Source of the DNA: an uncultured delta proteobacterium
GTDB taxonomy: Bacteria; Desulfobacterota; Binatia; UBA9968
DNA: 64,000 nucleotides
NCBI GenBank assembly: GCA_963737905.1
Contig: CAVTUQ010000004.1
Location: 28,206-92,205, forward strand
Reading direction: 5' to 3'
In this document: in pieces, positions 18,071 to 27,887 of the stretch
Position numbering within the stretch: the first letter of the stretch is position 1
Layout: the number at the start of each line of letters is the position of its first letter
Program-made: the position numbers and the translations under genes
The notes under the pieces: model-generated
The model's database searches: none
What the model saw: the letters and a program-made list of their open reading frames with translations, nothing else
Told to the model about the DNA's origin: nothing

Positions 18071-19609
18071 TCAGGAGCGAATCTTCATTTCGTAACTAAA
18101 AACTCTTTCGCCAGGTGTCGCCTTCCAGACAACATTCCGGGCGACGCCATAGATTTCAGCCAGCGTATAGAGAGGAACGAAAGGCGCGTCTTCCATGAGG
18201 ATACGACCCGCCTGCTGCATGAGTGCAGTGCGTTTTTTCATATCTCCGGTGGTTTGCTCCTCGTCGATTAATTTGTCGAACTCCGGATTTTTATAGTCGA
18301 GACGTTTCGTGACTCCCGAGCGAAAATACTGCTCATAGACCGTGTCCGCATCGACCGCCGGACGCCCGACATAATAAAAGGGAATCTTGCCGCCATTCAC
18401 CCCTTCGTTGCCCCAAAAAACCGCAAACTCTTGCGCTACGAGCTCCGTTCTCACGTCCGCTCTTCGCAACTGATCCACGATAACTTGGCACACTTCCCGC
18501 GCTTTGGGATAGCGATCGGGTGAAAGATAAAGCTTAACGTCGACGCCGTTTGGATAACCCGCTTTCGCCAGAAGTTCTTTCGCCTTTTTGGGGTCCAGTG
18601 GATATCTCTTAGTTTTTGGATCGGCGCCAATCACATTCGACGCCACCGGCCCATCCATGACGTAGCCATTGCCTTCATAGATATGCTTGATAATGACCGA
18701 AGGGTCGATCGCGTAATTAAACGCTTGTCGCACGAGCTTGTTGTCGAAAGGCTTATAGGCCGGGTTTAGCACGAGAAAATACATGCGCTGCCCTTGTGCT
18801 CTCTCGATACGCGTGCGCGGATTTTTTTCGATGCGCGGTACATCTTCCACGGGAACATTGTTGATGACGTCGCCCTGACCGGCCAAAAGGCCCGCGACCC
18901 GCGCCGCGTCCTCTCCCACCTTGCGCGTCACGATTTCTTTGATGTCCGCCTTGGGCCCCCAATAATCATCGTTGCGCGTTAGAACCAGCTGACCATCCCG
19001 CTGCCAGCTAACGAATTTGTAGGGGCCCGTTCCCGTGGGATGTTGATCGACGTCGCTGCCGTACTTATCGGCCGCCGTCTTGCTGAAAATGAAGCGGTTG
19101 GTCAGACGGTCGGGCATGACGGCGGTTGGTGTCTTGGTCGTCATGACGAGAGTGTGATCGTCCGCCGGCTTCATTTCCACGATGTCAGTTAGGGCATACC
19201 GTTGCGGGCTTTTTTTATCGTTCAAGATTCTCTGGAACGAATAGATCACGTCCTTGGCGGTAAATAACGAGCCATCGTGAAAACGCGCGTCTTTTTTGAG
19301 ATTAAAGACCCATTGCTTACCTTGAAACTCCCACGATTCCGCGAGCACGCCGACGTAGTCCATCTTGACGTAATCAACCTCAACCAGAGGCTCGGCGATG
19401 TGATTCCAGATGCCATATTCGGGGCTGGACGAGGAAGAATAGGGTTGGAGAGAGCTCAAACTGACGCTACTCAAGATCGTAAGCCGCTCCTTGGATGCCG
19501 CCTCGCTCGACCGATACCACGAAGCGCCGCCTAAGAATGCTCCTAGACCTGCGAGCGTGCTGTTTCTCAAAAACTCTCTACGATTGACACCTTTTTTTTG
19601 TGACCTCAT
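18071..19609 (-). CDS. ABC transporter substrate-binding protein, family 5 (peptide/nickel, DppA-like)
   Basis: 512 aa. Tat-like signal NRREFLRNSTLAGLGAFLG, GGGAGG RBS. Paralogue of the adjacent gene. Confidence 0.85.
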   Translation of the reverse strand: MRSQKKGVNRREFLRNSTLAGLGAFLGGASWYRSSEAASKERLTILSSVSLSSLQPYSSSSSPEYGIWNHIAEPLVEVDYVKMDYVGVLAESWEFQGKQWVFNLKKDARFHDGSLFTAKDVIYSFQRILNDKKSPQRYALTDIVEMKPADDHTLVMTTKTPTAVMPDRLTNRFIFSKTAADKYGSDVDQHPTGTGPYKFVSWQRDGQLVLTRNDDYWGPKADIKEIVTRKVGEDAARVAGLLAGQGDVINNVPVEDVPRIEKNPRTRIERAQGQRMYFLVLNPAYKPFDNKLVRQAFNYAIDPSVIIKHIYEGNGYVMDGPVASNVIGADPKTKRYPLDPKKAKELLAKAGYPNGVDVKLYLSPDRYPKAREVCQVIVDQLRRADVRTELVAQEFAVFWGNEGVNGGKIPFYYVGRPAVDADTVYEQYFRSGVTKRLDYKNPEFDKLIDEEQTTGDMKKRTALMQQAGRILMEDAPFVPLYTLAEIYGVARNVVWKATPGERVFSYEMKIRS

Positions 19610-19673
19610 ACAAACCTCCCGTGTTCAAGGATCGAATTTGTTGGCTGTGACCAAATCAAATCACCAAAAACTC

Positions 19674-21212
19674 TTAGCGGATCTTCATATCCCACGCAAG
19701 AACCTTCTCGTCGGGTCTCAGTTTCCAATTCACATTCTTCGCGACTCCATAGATGTCCGCCAGATTGTAAAGCGGCACGAACGGGGCCTCTTCCATGATA
19801 ATTTTCCCCGCCTGTTGCAATATAGCTGTCCGTTTCTTCATGTCCGGAGTTTTCTGCTGCTCTTCGACCAGTTTATCGAGTTCCGGGTTGCTATAGTTCG
19901 AGCGTTTGGTTGTTCCCGTTCTGAAGTACTGGTCATACAACGTATCGGCGTCGGTCAGCGAACCGCGTCCGATATAGTAGAAGGGCAGCTTGCCGCCATT
20001 CACCCCTGTGGTTTCCCAAAAGATCGCCCATTCTTGAGAAATCAGTTCTACCCGAAAACCGCCCTTTACCATCTGGGCCGCAACCACCTGACAAACTTCC
20101 ATGTCTTTCGGATAGCGGCCCGCGGAATAGTAGAGCTGCACGTCGCAACCGTTGGGATAACCTGCCTGTGCGAGAAGCTCCTTCGCTCTCTTGGGATCGT
20201 AAGGATACCGTTTGAGTTTAGGATCAGCGCCGAGGACATTGGATCCTACCGGGCCGTTGATCGAGTAACCGATGCCGTCAAATATGTTCTTGATAATAGC
20301 CGGCCCGTCGACGGCATAGTTGACCGCCTGCCGGACCAGCTTGTTGTCGAATGGCTTGTGGGCGACATTGAAAGCCAAAAAAAACATCCGCAGCCCTTCA
20401 ATCCTTTCAATATTGACGCGCGGATGATTCTGCAGCCGGGCCACTTCATGAACAGGAACATTATTGACGAGATCCGCCTGGCCGGACTCCAGGGCCGCAA
20501 GGCGCGCGGCGTCTTCGGTTACTTTACGAAAAACAACCTCTTTGATATCCGCTTTGCCGCTCCAATAATCGTCGTTGCGAGTGAAAACAAAATTTCCACC
20601 CCTTTGATAGCTCACATATTTATAGGCGCCGGTACCAATGGGATGCTGATCCATCTGGTCACCATATTTCTCCGCCGCCGCCTTACTCAGAATGAAGCGG
20701 TTTTCCAGACGGTCCAGGAACACCGCCAGGGGTTGCTTGGTTACAAAAATCACCGTTTGATCATCGGGTGTCTGCACTTCCGTGACATCCTTGAAATTGG
20801 ACGCTTGAAGGCTGCCCCCTTTCTCATCCCTCATTCGATCAATGGAAAAGGCCACATCTTTGGAAGTAAGTGTCGCTCCGTTGTGAAACTTGATGCCCTT
20901 TTTCAGACGAAACACCCAGCGCTTCCCTTGGTATTCCCAGGACTCGGCGAGGATACCGACGTAGTCTTTGCGTTTATAATCGTATTCAACCAAGGGCTCC
21001 ATGATATGCTGCCAGTCGCCGTAAATCGGGCTGGAACTGTGTCGATAGGGATGCAAGGAATCGGCAACGCTCGAATGATATATCGTAATTCGATCCCTGG
21101 AGGCAGCGAACCCGTCGCGCGCAATGTAAGGAGCCAACATCGCGCCGGCTCCCCAGGTCGCGCTTGTTTTCAGAAAATCTCTCCGGCTAATCCCGGCTTT
21201 CTTCTTCGTCAT
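19674..21212 (-). CDS. ABC transporter substrate-binding protein, family 5 (DppA-like), second copy
   Basis: ATG at 21212 follows GGGAGGA. Tat-like signal SRRDFLKTSATWGAGAML. Collinear with 18071-19609. Confidence 0.85.
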   Translation of the reverse strand: MTKKKAGISRRDFLKTSATWGAGAMLAPYIARDGFAASRDRITIYHSSVADSLHPYRHSSSPIYGDWQHIMEPLVEYDYKRKDYVGILAESWEYQGKRWVFRLKKGIKFHNGATLTSKDVAFSIDRMRDEKGGSLQASNFKDVTEVQTPDDQTVIFVTKQPLAVFLDRLENRFILSKAAAEKYGDQMDQHPIGTGAYKYVSYQRGGNFVFTRNDDYWSGKADIKEVVFRKVTEDAARLAALESGQADLVNNVPVHEVARLQNHPRVNIERIEGLRMFFLAFNVAHKPFDNKLVRQAVNYAVDGPAIIKNIFDGIGYSINGPVGSNVLGADPKLKRYPYDPKRAKELLAQAGYPNGCDVQLYYSAGRYPKDMEVCQVVAAQMVKGGFRVELISQEWAIFWETTGVNGGKLPFYYIGRGSLTDADTLYDQYFRTGTTKRSNYSNPELDKLVEEQQKTPDMKKRTAILQQAGKIIMEEAPFVPLYNLADIYGVAKNVNWKLRPDEKVLAWDMKIR

Positions 21213-21304
21213 GCGATCCTCCCAAAATAACAAATATAGTACCGCTTCTCTCTAGCAGGTGGCTGATAACTCGGTTTGCAGGCTGCTCAAGATCTGAAGG
21301 GGTT

Positions 21305-21346
21305 TTAAACGGTTTGAACTGTTTGAACGCATTGAGCTGTTTGTGT
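21305..21346. repeat. tandem nonamer array (TTAAAC, TTGAAC, TTGAAC, TTGAGC, TTGTGT; 9-bp phase)
   Basis: Units start at 21305, 21314, 21323, 21332, 21341. Ends 4 nt from the stop of the permease gene at 21351. Confidence 0.75.
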
Positions 21347-21350
21347 GTAA

Positions 21351-22190
21351 CTAGGCCTGCCTCCTCAATTTAGGATCCAATATGTCGCGCAGGCCGTCGC
21401 CCAGCAGATTGATACCAAAAACCGTAATGAAGATCGCCAGCCCAGGAAAGATAGTGAGCCATGGAGCGCGGTTCATATAGCTCCTTCCCTCGCTCAACAT
21501 AGAGCCCCATGTCGGAATGCTGGCCGGCACGCCGAGACCAAGAAAACTCAGGCTGGCCTCGGAGATAATGACAATGGCCATAGCAAAAGTAGCGATGACT
21601 GTGACGCTGGCAAAGGTGTTGGGCACCACGTGCTTCAGGAGAACGTAGAAGTCCTTGCCGCCCAGTGCCTTTGCTGCGGTGACAAAATCACGCTCTTTCA
21701 AGGATAGCACCTCGCCACGCACGACCCGGCAGTACTGCACCCATCGACTCATCATCAAAGCCAGAATGATATTCACCACTCCTTGCCCGAGAAAGGCCAT
21801 CAAGGCGATGGCAAGCAAAAGAAACGGAAACGCTAGAAATATTTCCGTGATCTTGGTGACTATTTCATCGGTTCCGTGACCGAAGTATCCCGCGATGGCC
21901 CCCAAGAAGCAGCCGATGAGACCGGCAAGAATGACCGTCGTCGCCCCCACCAAGAGCGAGATGCGCGAGCCATAAATGATCCGACTTAAAATATCCCGCC
22001 CCAGGTTGTCAGTGCCAAGCCAACTGGAGCGCGACTGACCCCCCATCCAACTTGGTGGTTGCAAGCGCGATTCGAGCCGCTGCTCCTGTGGATCGAAGGG
22101 CGCGAGGAACGGCGCCGCCAAGCCGCAAATGACAAGGAGAATGAGGATCCAGCCACCCAGCAAAATTTTCAAATAACGCAATCGCACCAT
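21351..22190 (-). CDS. ABC transporter permease (DppC/OppC-like)
   Basis: 279 aa polytopic membrane protein with a binding-protein-dependent transport motif region (AAKALGGKDFYVLLKHVVPN). Confidence 0.85.
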   Translation of the reverse strand: MVRLRYLKILLGGWILILLVICGLAAPFLAPFDPQEQRLESRLQPPSWMGGQSRSSWLGTDNLGRDILSRIIYGSRISLLVGATTVILAGLIGCFLGAIAGYFGHGTDEIVTKITEIFLAFPFLLLAIALMAFLGQGVVNIILALMMSRWVQYCRVVRGEVLSLKERDFVTAAKALGGKDFYVLLKHVVPNTFASVTVIATFAMAIVIISEASLSFLGLGVPASIPTWGSMLSEGRSYMNRAPWLTIFPGLAIFITVFGINLLGDGLRDILDPKLRRQA

Positions 22191-23188
22191 TACAGCTTTA
22201 TCCTGGGGTCGACGAAGGTGTAGAGCATATCGACCAAAAGGTTCACGACAAAATAAATAATCCCAAAGAACAAGATAAGCACCTGAGTGAGCCGGTAGTC
22301 TCGCACGGAGATCGATTGAATCAACAGATCACCGATGCCCGGGTAAGAGAAAACCGTTTCCGTGATCACCGAACCATTGAGAAGCGCACCCAGTTGCAGT
22401 CCAAGCACGGTAATGACCGTTATGAGCGCATTACGCAGGATGTGGCGCCAGACAACCACGCGCTCGCTCAGCCCTTTCGCCCGTGCCGTCATGACGTAGT
22501 CCTGGCGCATGACTTCGAGCACGCTGGAGCGGGTGATGCGCGTGACGATACCCGCGAGAGCGGTGCCGAGGGTCACAGCGGGCATCAATAGATGCTTAAA
22601 CGCACTCCAAAACGCGGTAAAATTTCCGGTAATCAAACTGTCCAGTAAGTAAAGCCGTGTAATCGACTTGACCTCAATGCCGTACTCAATCCGGCCCGCA
22701 ACCGGCAGCAGATTCCATTGGCCGCCGAGAAAATAGATCAGCATGATACCAAGCCAAAAATTGGGAAGAGAGACACCGATGAGTGCGATCCCGGTTCCGG
22801 CATGGTCGAACAAAGTGTCGCGCTTGATCGCCGAATAGATGCCGATGGGGATGGAAATCGAAATCGCCACCAGCAAGCTCACGGTTGCAAGCTCGATGGT
22901 CGCCGGCAGCCGTTCGGAAACGAGCTTGAGCACAGGCTCACCGAACTTTAGCGACTTACCGAAATCACCCACCAGCGCCCGGGAAATGAATTGCCAATAC
23001 TGGACGAGGAGCGGTTGGTCCAGTCCCCACTCATGCCGCACGCGCGCCACGTCACCCGGTGTGGCATCGTCCCCCAAAAGAAGCACAACCGGGTCGCCGG
23101 GGGCGAGGTGCATCAGCATAAAAACAAGAAAGGAAATCCCGAGGAGAACCGGCACCGCGCCAACAATCCTGCGTCCAAGTGTGTTCAT
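22190..23188 (-). CDS. ABC transporter permease (DppB/OppB-like)
   Basis: 332 aa. DYVMTARAKGLSERVVVWRHILRNA motif. 1-nt overlap with the downstream permease gene. Confidence 0.85.
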   Translation of the reverse strand: MNTLGRRIVGAVPVLLGISFLVFMLMHLAPGDPVVLLLGDDATPGDVARVRHEWGLDQPLLVQYWQFISRALVGDFGKSLKFGEPVLKLVSERLPATIELATVSLLVAISISIPIGIYSAIKRDTLFDHAGTGIALIGVSLPNFWLGIMLIYFLGGQWNLLPVAGRIEYGIEVKSITRLYLLDSLITGNFTAFWSAFKHLLMPAVTLGTALAGIVTRITRSSVLEVMRQDYVMTARAKGLSERVVVWRHILRNALITVITVLGLQLGALLNGSVITETVFSYPGIGDLLIQSISVRDYRLTQVLILFFGIIYFVVNLLVDMLYTFVDPRIKL

Positions 23189-23263
23189 CTGTAACTAGGG
23201 CAAGAACCACTAAGCCTTAACATCTCGACGGAAGAAAGGAAGTTAAGCCATCATTTCACAGGC

Positions 23264-24550
23264 TTATTGTCCCAACTGTGAAAACGAGCGATCCAGTTGC
23301 TTCAATGCCTGATCGATCTGGTCTTGGTTGACATTCAACGGCGGCGCAACACGAAGGACGTTTCCGTAAGTGCCGCCTTTGCCGACCAAGAGCCCGTTGG
23401 TTTTCGTCAACTCCATCAGCCTCTTCGCGGCTTCAGCGTCGGGTCTCTTCTTCTCACCGACGAGTTCCATACCTTGCATCAAACCCATACCGCGCACGTC
23501 GCCGATGACAGGGTATTTTTCTTTCAAAACATCCAGCCCTTCCCGCAACCTGTTTCCCATGACACGAGCATTTTCTACCAGGTTTTCTTCCTCGATCACT
23601 TCAATCGTGGCATGCGCCGCCGTACAGGTTACGGGATTGCCGCCGAAGGTCGAGATCGTGTTGCCTTGCATACTGTCGGCGACTTCCGGGGTTGCGATGG
23701 TCGCACCGATAGGAACCCCGTTGGCCATTCCTTTGGCGAAAGTCATGATATCGGGCTCGACACCCCAATGCTCGATGCCAAACATTTTGCCGCCCGTGCG
23801 GCCCCAAGCGGTCTGCACCTCGTCGCAGATGAAAAGGCCGCCGTATTTCCTGACGATGCCGACGATCTCTTTGAAATACTCTTTCGGGGGCGTGATGAAA
23901 CCGCCCACGCCTTGTATGGGCTCCGCCAAGAAAGCGGCGATGCGCCCCTGTGACGTCGTCGTTTGAATCGCCTCTTCGACGTCCTTAGCGCATTTCAAGT
24001 CACAACTGGGATAAGTAAGCCCGAAAGGACAACGGTAGCAATAGGCGTTGGGAATATGGTGGACGCCGGGAACGACATTGGGCGTCAGCCGCCAGCTGGA
24101 TTGCGCCGAAAGGCTGAGTGCCAAATAGGAGCGACCGCTGTAGCTATGACGCAAGGTGATGACATCTTGGCACTTCGTATAGATCTGCGCCAGCAGCACC
24201 GCGGTTTCGTTGGCTTCGGTGCCGCTGTTCGTAAAAAAAGATTTTTCTAACCGTCCCGGTGTGATCTGAGCGAGTTTCTCCGCCAACCGAACCTGCGGCT
24301 CGTTGGCATATAACGTCGAGATATGTTGCAACCTGTCGGTTTGGTCGTGGATCGCTTTGGTAACCTTTTCATTGCAATGGCCCACACTGACGGTCAAGAT
24401 GCCGCCAAAAAAATCCAGGAACTCATTTCCCTCGGCGTCGTAAACATAGTTGTCCTTCGCATGGTCGACCACGAGGGGCTCATCGTAGTAAGTGGAAACG
24501 CATGAGAAGAGGTATCTTCTCTGTTTTTCGATGATTTCGTTTTTATTCAT
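23264..24550 (-). CDS. class III (omega) aminotransferase, PLP-dependent
   Basis: 428 aa. FTNSGTEANE, LFICDEVQTAWGRTG and TFAKGMANG (PLP lysine) motifs. Confidence 0.85.
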   Translation of the reverse strand: MNKNEIIEKQRRYLFSCVSTYYDEPLVVDHAKDNYVYDAEGNEFLDFFGGILTVSVGHCNEKVTKAIHDQTDRLQHISTLYANEPQVRLAEKLAQITPGRLEKSFFTNSGTEANETAVLLAQIYTKCQDVITLRHSYSGRSYLALSLSAQSSWRLTPNVVPGVHHIPNAYCYRCPFGLTYPSCDLKCAKDVEEAIQTTTSQGRIAAFLAEPIQGVGGFITPPKEYFKEIVGIVRKYGGLFICDEVQTAWGRTGGKMFGIEHWGVEPDIMTFAKGMANGVPIGATIATPEVADSMQGNTISTFGGNPVTCTAAHATIEVIEEENLVENARVMGNRLREGLDVLKEKYPVIGDVRGMGLMQGMELVGEKKRPDAEAAKRLMELTKTNGLLVGKGGTYGNVLRVAPPLNVNQDQIDQALKQLDRSFSQLGQ

Positions 24551-24574
24551 TTGATTGACAGTGCTGCGGACGAT

Positions 24575-24607
24575 TTGAACGACTTGAACGTTTGGAACGA
24601 TTTGAAC
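24575..24607. repeat. tandem nonamer array gatTTGAAC gacTTGAAC gttTGGAAC gatTTGAAC
   Basis: Hexamers start at 24575, 24584, 24593, 24602. Ends 10 nt from the stop of the gene at 24618. Confidence 0.8.
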
Positions 24608-24617
24608 TCTTCCGTTT

Positions 24618-25472
24618 CTAGTGGCGACCTAGGAAATCCAAAATCGGCGGATGGCCCTTCTCCGGCATTTCACGCAGATAGCCATGCGCGCCGCCTTCAA
24701 CAATCACCAGCTCGGCGTTAGGGATTTTTTCAGCGAGGACTTTGGCGGATTCAACGTGACTACCCGTTCCGCCTTCGTGGGTGTCTCCGCTGCCGACGAT
24801 GACCAATGTCGGCGCTTTGATCTTATGTATGAGGTCTGAAGTCTCATGGCACTGCCGGGCAACAACGTGGCGCAGATAGCACTTCAGCGGCGGCACTTCG
24901 TCGACAATGAGATCCTGAAATTCTTTTACGACCTCCGGATGTTCTTTTACAAACTGATCCGTAAACATGAAGCCGGGTCCCCAGTGGTCGTGCTGGTATT
25001 TCTCATAGCCCTTCTCAATCATTTCAAGGGCAGCGTCCAGAGGCACACCGCGCGGGTAGTCTTCAAGCTTATCACTGTATTTTCCCGAGCCAGGGCCGGA
25101 CAGAACCAAACTACGAACTTTCTCGGGATAATCCAGAGCGACCCATTGGAGCACCCTCGCCCCCATGGAGTGGCCCATCATATGGGCCTTCTTGATGCCG
25201 AGAGCATCCATCAAACCTACACAGTCTTTGGCGAAAAGCCGGGTTGTATAGTGCATGTCGGGCTTGTCACTCCGGCCTAATCCGCGATGGTCGTAAATAA
25301 GAACCTGATAGTGCTTGGAGAACTCCGGCACCTGAAAGACCCGCCAAGGGGCAAGGCTGATCCCTGTGCCGGCGACTAAAACCAGAGGGTCTCCGTGCCC
25401 GTAGAGTTCATAGTACAGGTTCACGTCATCGACTTTGACTTTGCCAGTTTTAACCGGTCTAGGTGTCTCCAT
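24618..25472 (-). CDS. alpha/beta hydrolase
   Basis: ATG at 25472 follows GGGAG. HGDPLVLVAG and GHSMGARV nucleophile elbow. Confidence 0.75.
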   Translation of the reverse strand: METPRPVKTGKVKVDDVNLYYELYGHGDPLVLVAGTGISLAPWRVFQVPEFSKHYQVLIYDHRGLGRSDKPDMHYTTRLFAKDCVGLMDALGIKKAHMMGHSMGARVLQWVALDYPEKVRSLVLSGPGSGKYSDKLEDYPRGVPLDAALEMIEKGYEKYQHDHWGPGFMFTDQFVKEHPEVVKEFQDLIVDEVPPLKCYLRHVVARQCHETSDLIHKIKAPTLVIVGSGDTHEGGTGSHVESAKVLAEKIPNAELVIVEGGAHGYLREMPEKGHPPILDFLGRH

Positions 25473-25551
25473 GAATACTCCCAAATTGCAGCTGGCAGAG
25501 CTGATCAGTCACTGCCATGACAACGAATATGAAGCACGACGCTATCGAATC

Positions 25552-25584
25552 CAAAAATTACTGTCAACGCTGTGATCGGTTGAC
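25552..25584 (-). terminator. weak hairpin plus U-run after the D-aminoacylase gene (possible attenuating terminator)
   Basis: GTCAAC 25563-25568 pairs with GTTGAC 25579-25584. On the minus strand this is followed by AGUAAUUUUU. The stem is only 6 bp. Confidence 0.3.
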
Positions 25585-25588
25585 ACCC

Positions 25589-27178
25589 TCAGTCAACCTT
25601 TCCCGGCCCGTAGATGACTTTACCGGGCCGCGCTCCGGTGTGATAGCCGTTATCAATGACCACAGTGCCGTTGACGAGCACGTAATCGATTCCTTTAGGA
25701 TATTGTTTCGGATCGTCATAGGTCGCCGTGTCCGCCACGGTATCGGGATCGAACATCACAATGTCAGCCCAATGGCCTTCCTTGAGTAGACCTCGATCTT
25801 TGAGGCCGAGAACCTGAGCTGGCAACGACGTCATCTTGCGGATCGCGTCTTCCAACTGAAGGACCTTTTCTTCTCGCGTGTATTTACCGAGCACCCGTGG
25901 ATTGGTCCCGAAACTTCGCGGATGGGGCTTGCCTGGATATTTTTGGTTCAAGGCGCTGCCGTCTGAGCCGATTGAGATCCACGGCACTCGCATGACGCTT
26001 TTGACATCATCCTCGGACATCGTGTGGTGCACTCCATGAATGAACATCCCCTCTTCATAAATCAGATCGAAGCAAGCGCTAACTGGATCTTGTCCGCGGA
26101 TCTTGGCGATCTCGGCGATAGTCTTACCCTCCAAGGGTTTCAGGCTTTCCGTGTCCACCCGTGCCGCCACGATCCCTTCCCAACCGCCATGCTCGTTCAC
26201 GTATTGGTCGAACTCCGGATCCTTCATAACTCTTTCGCGGAACGTGGGGCTCTTGAATTGAGAAATCGTCTCATTCAACGGCGCATCTTGAACCCAACGC
26301 GGAAACAATCGCCGCCACGGATGCTGCATCGCCGTATAGGGGTACTGATTTGCGGTGATTTCCAGACCTTCGCGCCGAGCCTCTTCGATTTGCTCGATGA
26401 CCTGGCGGACGCGCCCCCAGTTACTTTTGGCGCGCATCTTCAGGTGATAAACGTGAATGGGAATGCCGGACTTGCGGGCGATATGCAGTGTTTTCGCCAG
26501 CTCCTCCATGATATCGAAGCCCTCGCTCCCCAGGTGGACGCCATAATAGCCCCCGTAGCGGCGGACAACCTTGGCCATCTCCACAACCTCGTCTGGATAC
26601 TCCGGTCCCTTGGCGTGCCACGCCGCGGTGAGGCCCAGTGCACCCTCTTCCATCGCCTCGGCGACGAGGCGGTTCATCTTTTCCTGTTCCGCAGCGTTCG
26701 CCGGCCGCTCGTCGAATCCCATCACAACGCGCTTCACCTGTTGCGGCGAGACGCCTGAGGCGACGTTGATGGATATCCCGCCTCTCAACACTGTACGGAA
26801 GTACCCTGTAAACGAGTTCCAATCCGTCTCTATTCCGTTGCGACGGCGGTGCTCAAGCTTATACTCCTCCAGCACCGCGCCTTCTAAAGGTGCCACCGTC
26901 TGGCTCTCGCCGATGACGTCCAGGGTTACACCCTGGCGGACCTTACTCTCAGCGTTGCCGTCGGCAATCAGCGGCTGATCGCTGTGCGTGTGCATGTCGA
27001 TGTAGCCGGGCGTGACCACCCGCCCTTTGGCGGAAATTGCCCGCTGGCCGGAGTCAGGATCAATCTTACCGATGCCGGCAATCTTGCCGTCCTTTATTGC
27101 CACGTCGCCATAGAACCACGGATTCCCCGTGCCATCGATCAGCCTGCCGCCATGAATTACGATATCGAATTCAGCCAT
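25589..27178 (-). CDS. N-acyl-D-amino-acid deacylase (D-aminoacylase) family amidohydrolase
   Basis: 529 aa. N-terminus FDIVIHGGRLIDGTG...GDVAIKDGKIAGIG and YIDMHTHSD metal motif. Confidence 0.8.
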   Translation of the reverse strand: MAEFDIVIHGGRLIDGTGNPWFYGDVAIKDGKIAGIGKIDPDSGQRAISAKGRVVTPGYIDMHTHSDQPLIADGNAESKVRQGVTLDVIGESQTVAPLEGAVLEEYKLEHRRRNGIETDWNSFTGYFRTVLRGGISINVASGVSPQQVKRVVMGFDERPANAAEQEKMNRLVAEAMEEGALGLTAAWHAKGPEYPDEVVEMAKVVRRYGGYYGVHLGSEGFDIMEELAKTLHIARKSGIPIHVYHLKMRAKSNWGRVRQVIEQIEEARREGLEITANQYPYTAMQHPWRRLFPRWVQDAPLNETISQFKSPTFRERVMKDPEFDQYVNEHGGWEGIVAARVDTESLKPLEGKTIAEIAKIRGQDPVSACFDLIYEEGMFIHGVHHTMSEDDVKSVMRVPWISIGSDGSALNQKYPGKPHPRSFGTNPRVLGKYTREEKVLQLEDAIRKMTSLPAQVLGLKDRGLLKEGHWADIVMFDPDTVADTATYDDPKQYPKGIDYVLVNGTVVIDNGYHTGARPGKVIYGPGKVD

Positions 27179-27318
27179 TACGCCTCCCGTCGGTTGGCTT
27201 TCTCAAGCCCCTATATCACTGGCGATAAGACGACTACAACCGTTCCGATTCAATAATTGGACCGGCAATAACACGACAGAAGCTTTAAGAATGTGATAAA
27301 CAAGTCTGAGGTGAAGCC

Positions 27319-27870
27319 ATGATTCGACCCGAGTTCAGAAAGCTCCTCATGGACCAGCGCGGAGCGGCGGTCATTCTCTGGAGCTTTTTCATGATGTCCA
27401 TCGTCATTTACATCGTGATCACCCACAACGTGCTGGCCAATCCGAAGTACGCCCAGGGTCTGTCCTTCGCGGAAACGGCGAGGATAGTGCTGTGGATTCT
27501 CGTAGTGATCGATCTCGGCTACTACATTTTCTGGAAAAGGCGCTATCTCACGCCACAGGCGATCCTCCACAATGCTCAAAAGACGAAACTTTTTCGAGCG
27601 TTGCAAGAACACAAGGGTTCCGTCGAAGAGCGCGCCGCATCAGTGGTATCCACCTTTGTGACGCGGAAGGTTGTTCTCTTCGCCATCATTGAAGCCATCG
27701 CGGTTTACGGCTTAGTTTTGGCTATCGTCGGCCGCTATCTCTCGGATCAGTATATGCTTTCAGCGTTGAGTCTGGCCCTACTGGCTCTTGAGTTTCCAAG
27801 GGAACGTTTCCTCGCAAGCCTCGTGCAGGAAATTGAAGCGCCTCCCAAAACTCTTGGAGCGGAAGCATAG
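27319..27870 (+). CDS. hypothetical membrane protein
   Basis: 183 aa with about 4 hydrophobic segments. No recognised motif. Confidence 0.5.
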   Translation: MIRPEFRKLLMDQRGAAVILWSFFMMSIVIYIVITHNVLANPKYAQGLSFAETARIVLWILVVIDLGYYIFWKRRYLTPQAILHNAQKTKLFRALQEHKGSVEERAASVVSTFVTRKVVLFAIIEAIAVYGLVLAIVGRYLSDQYMLSALSLALLALEFPRERFLASLVQEIEAPPKTLGAEA

Positions 27871-27887
27871 ACAGCGATAAAGCCGGA

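Noticed and set aside
19491-21230. 579-aa plus-strand ORF, the longest unexplained ORF in the track
   Set aside because: It lies exactly antisense to the family-5 binding-protein gene (19674-21212), which has a Tat signal, an RBS and a clear paralogue. The plus-strand translation is low-complexity with no motifs, a typical shadow ORF in GC-rich DNA.
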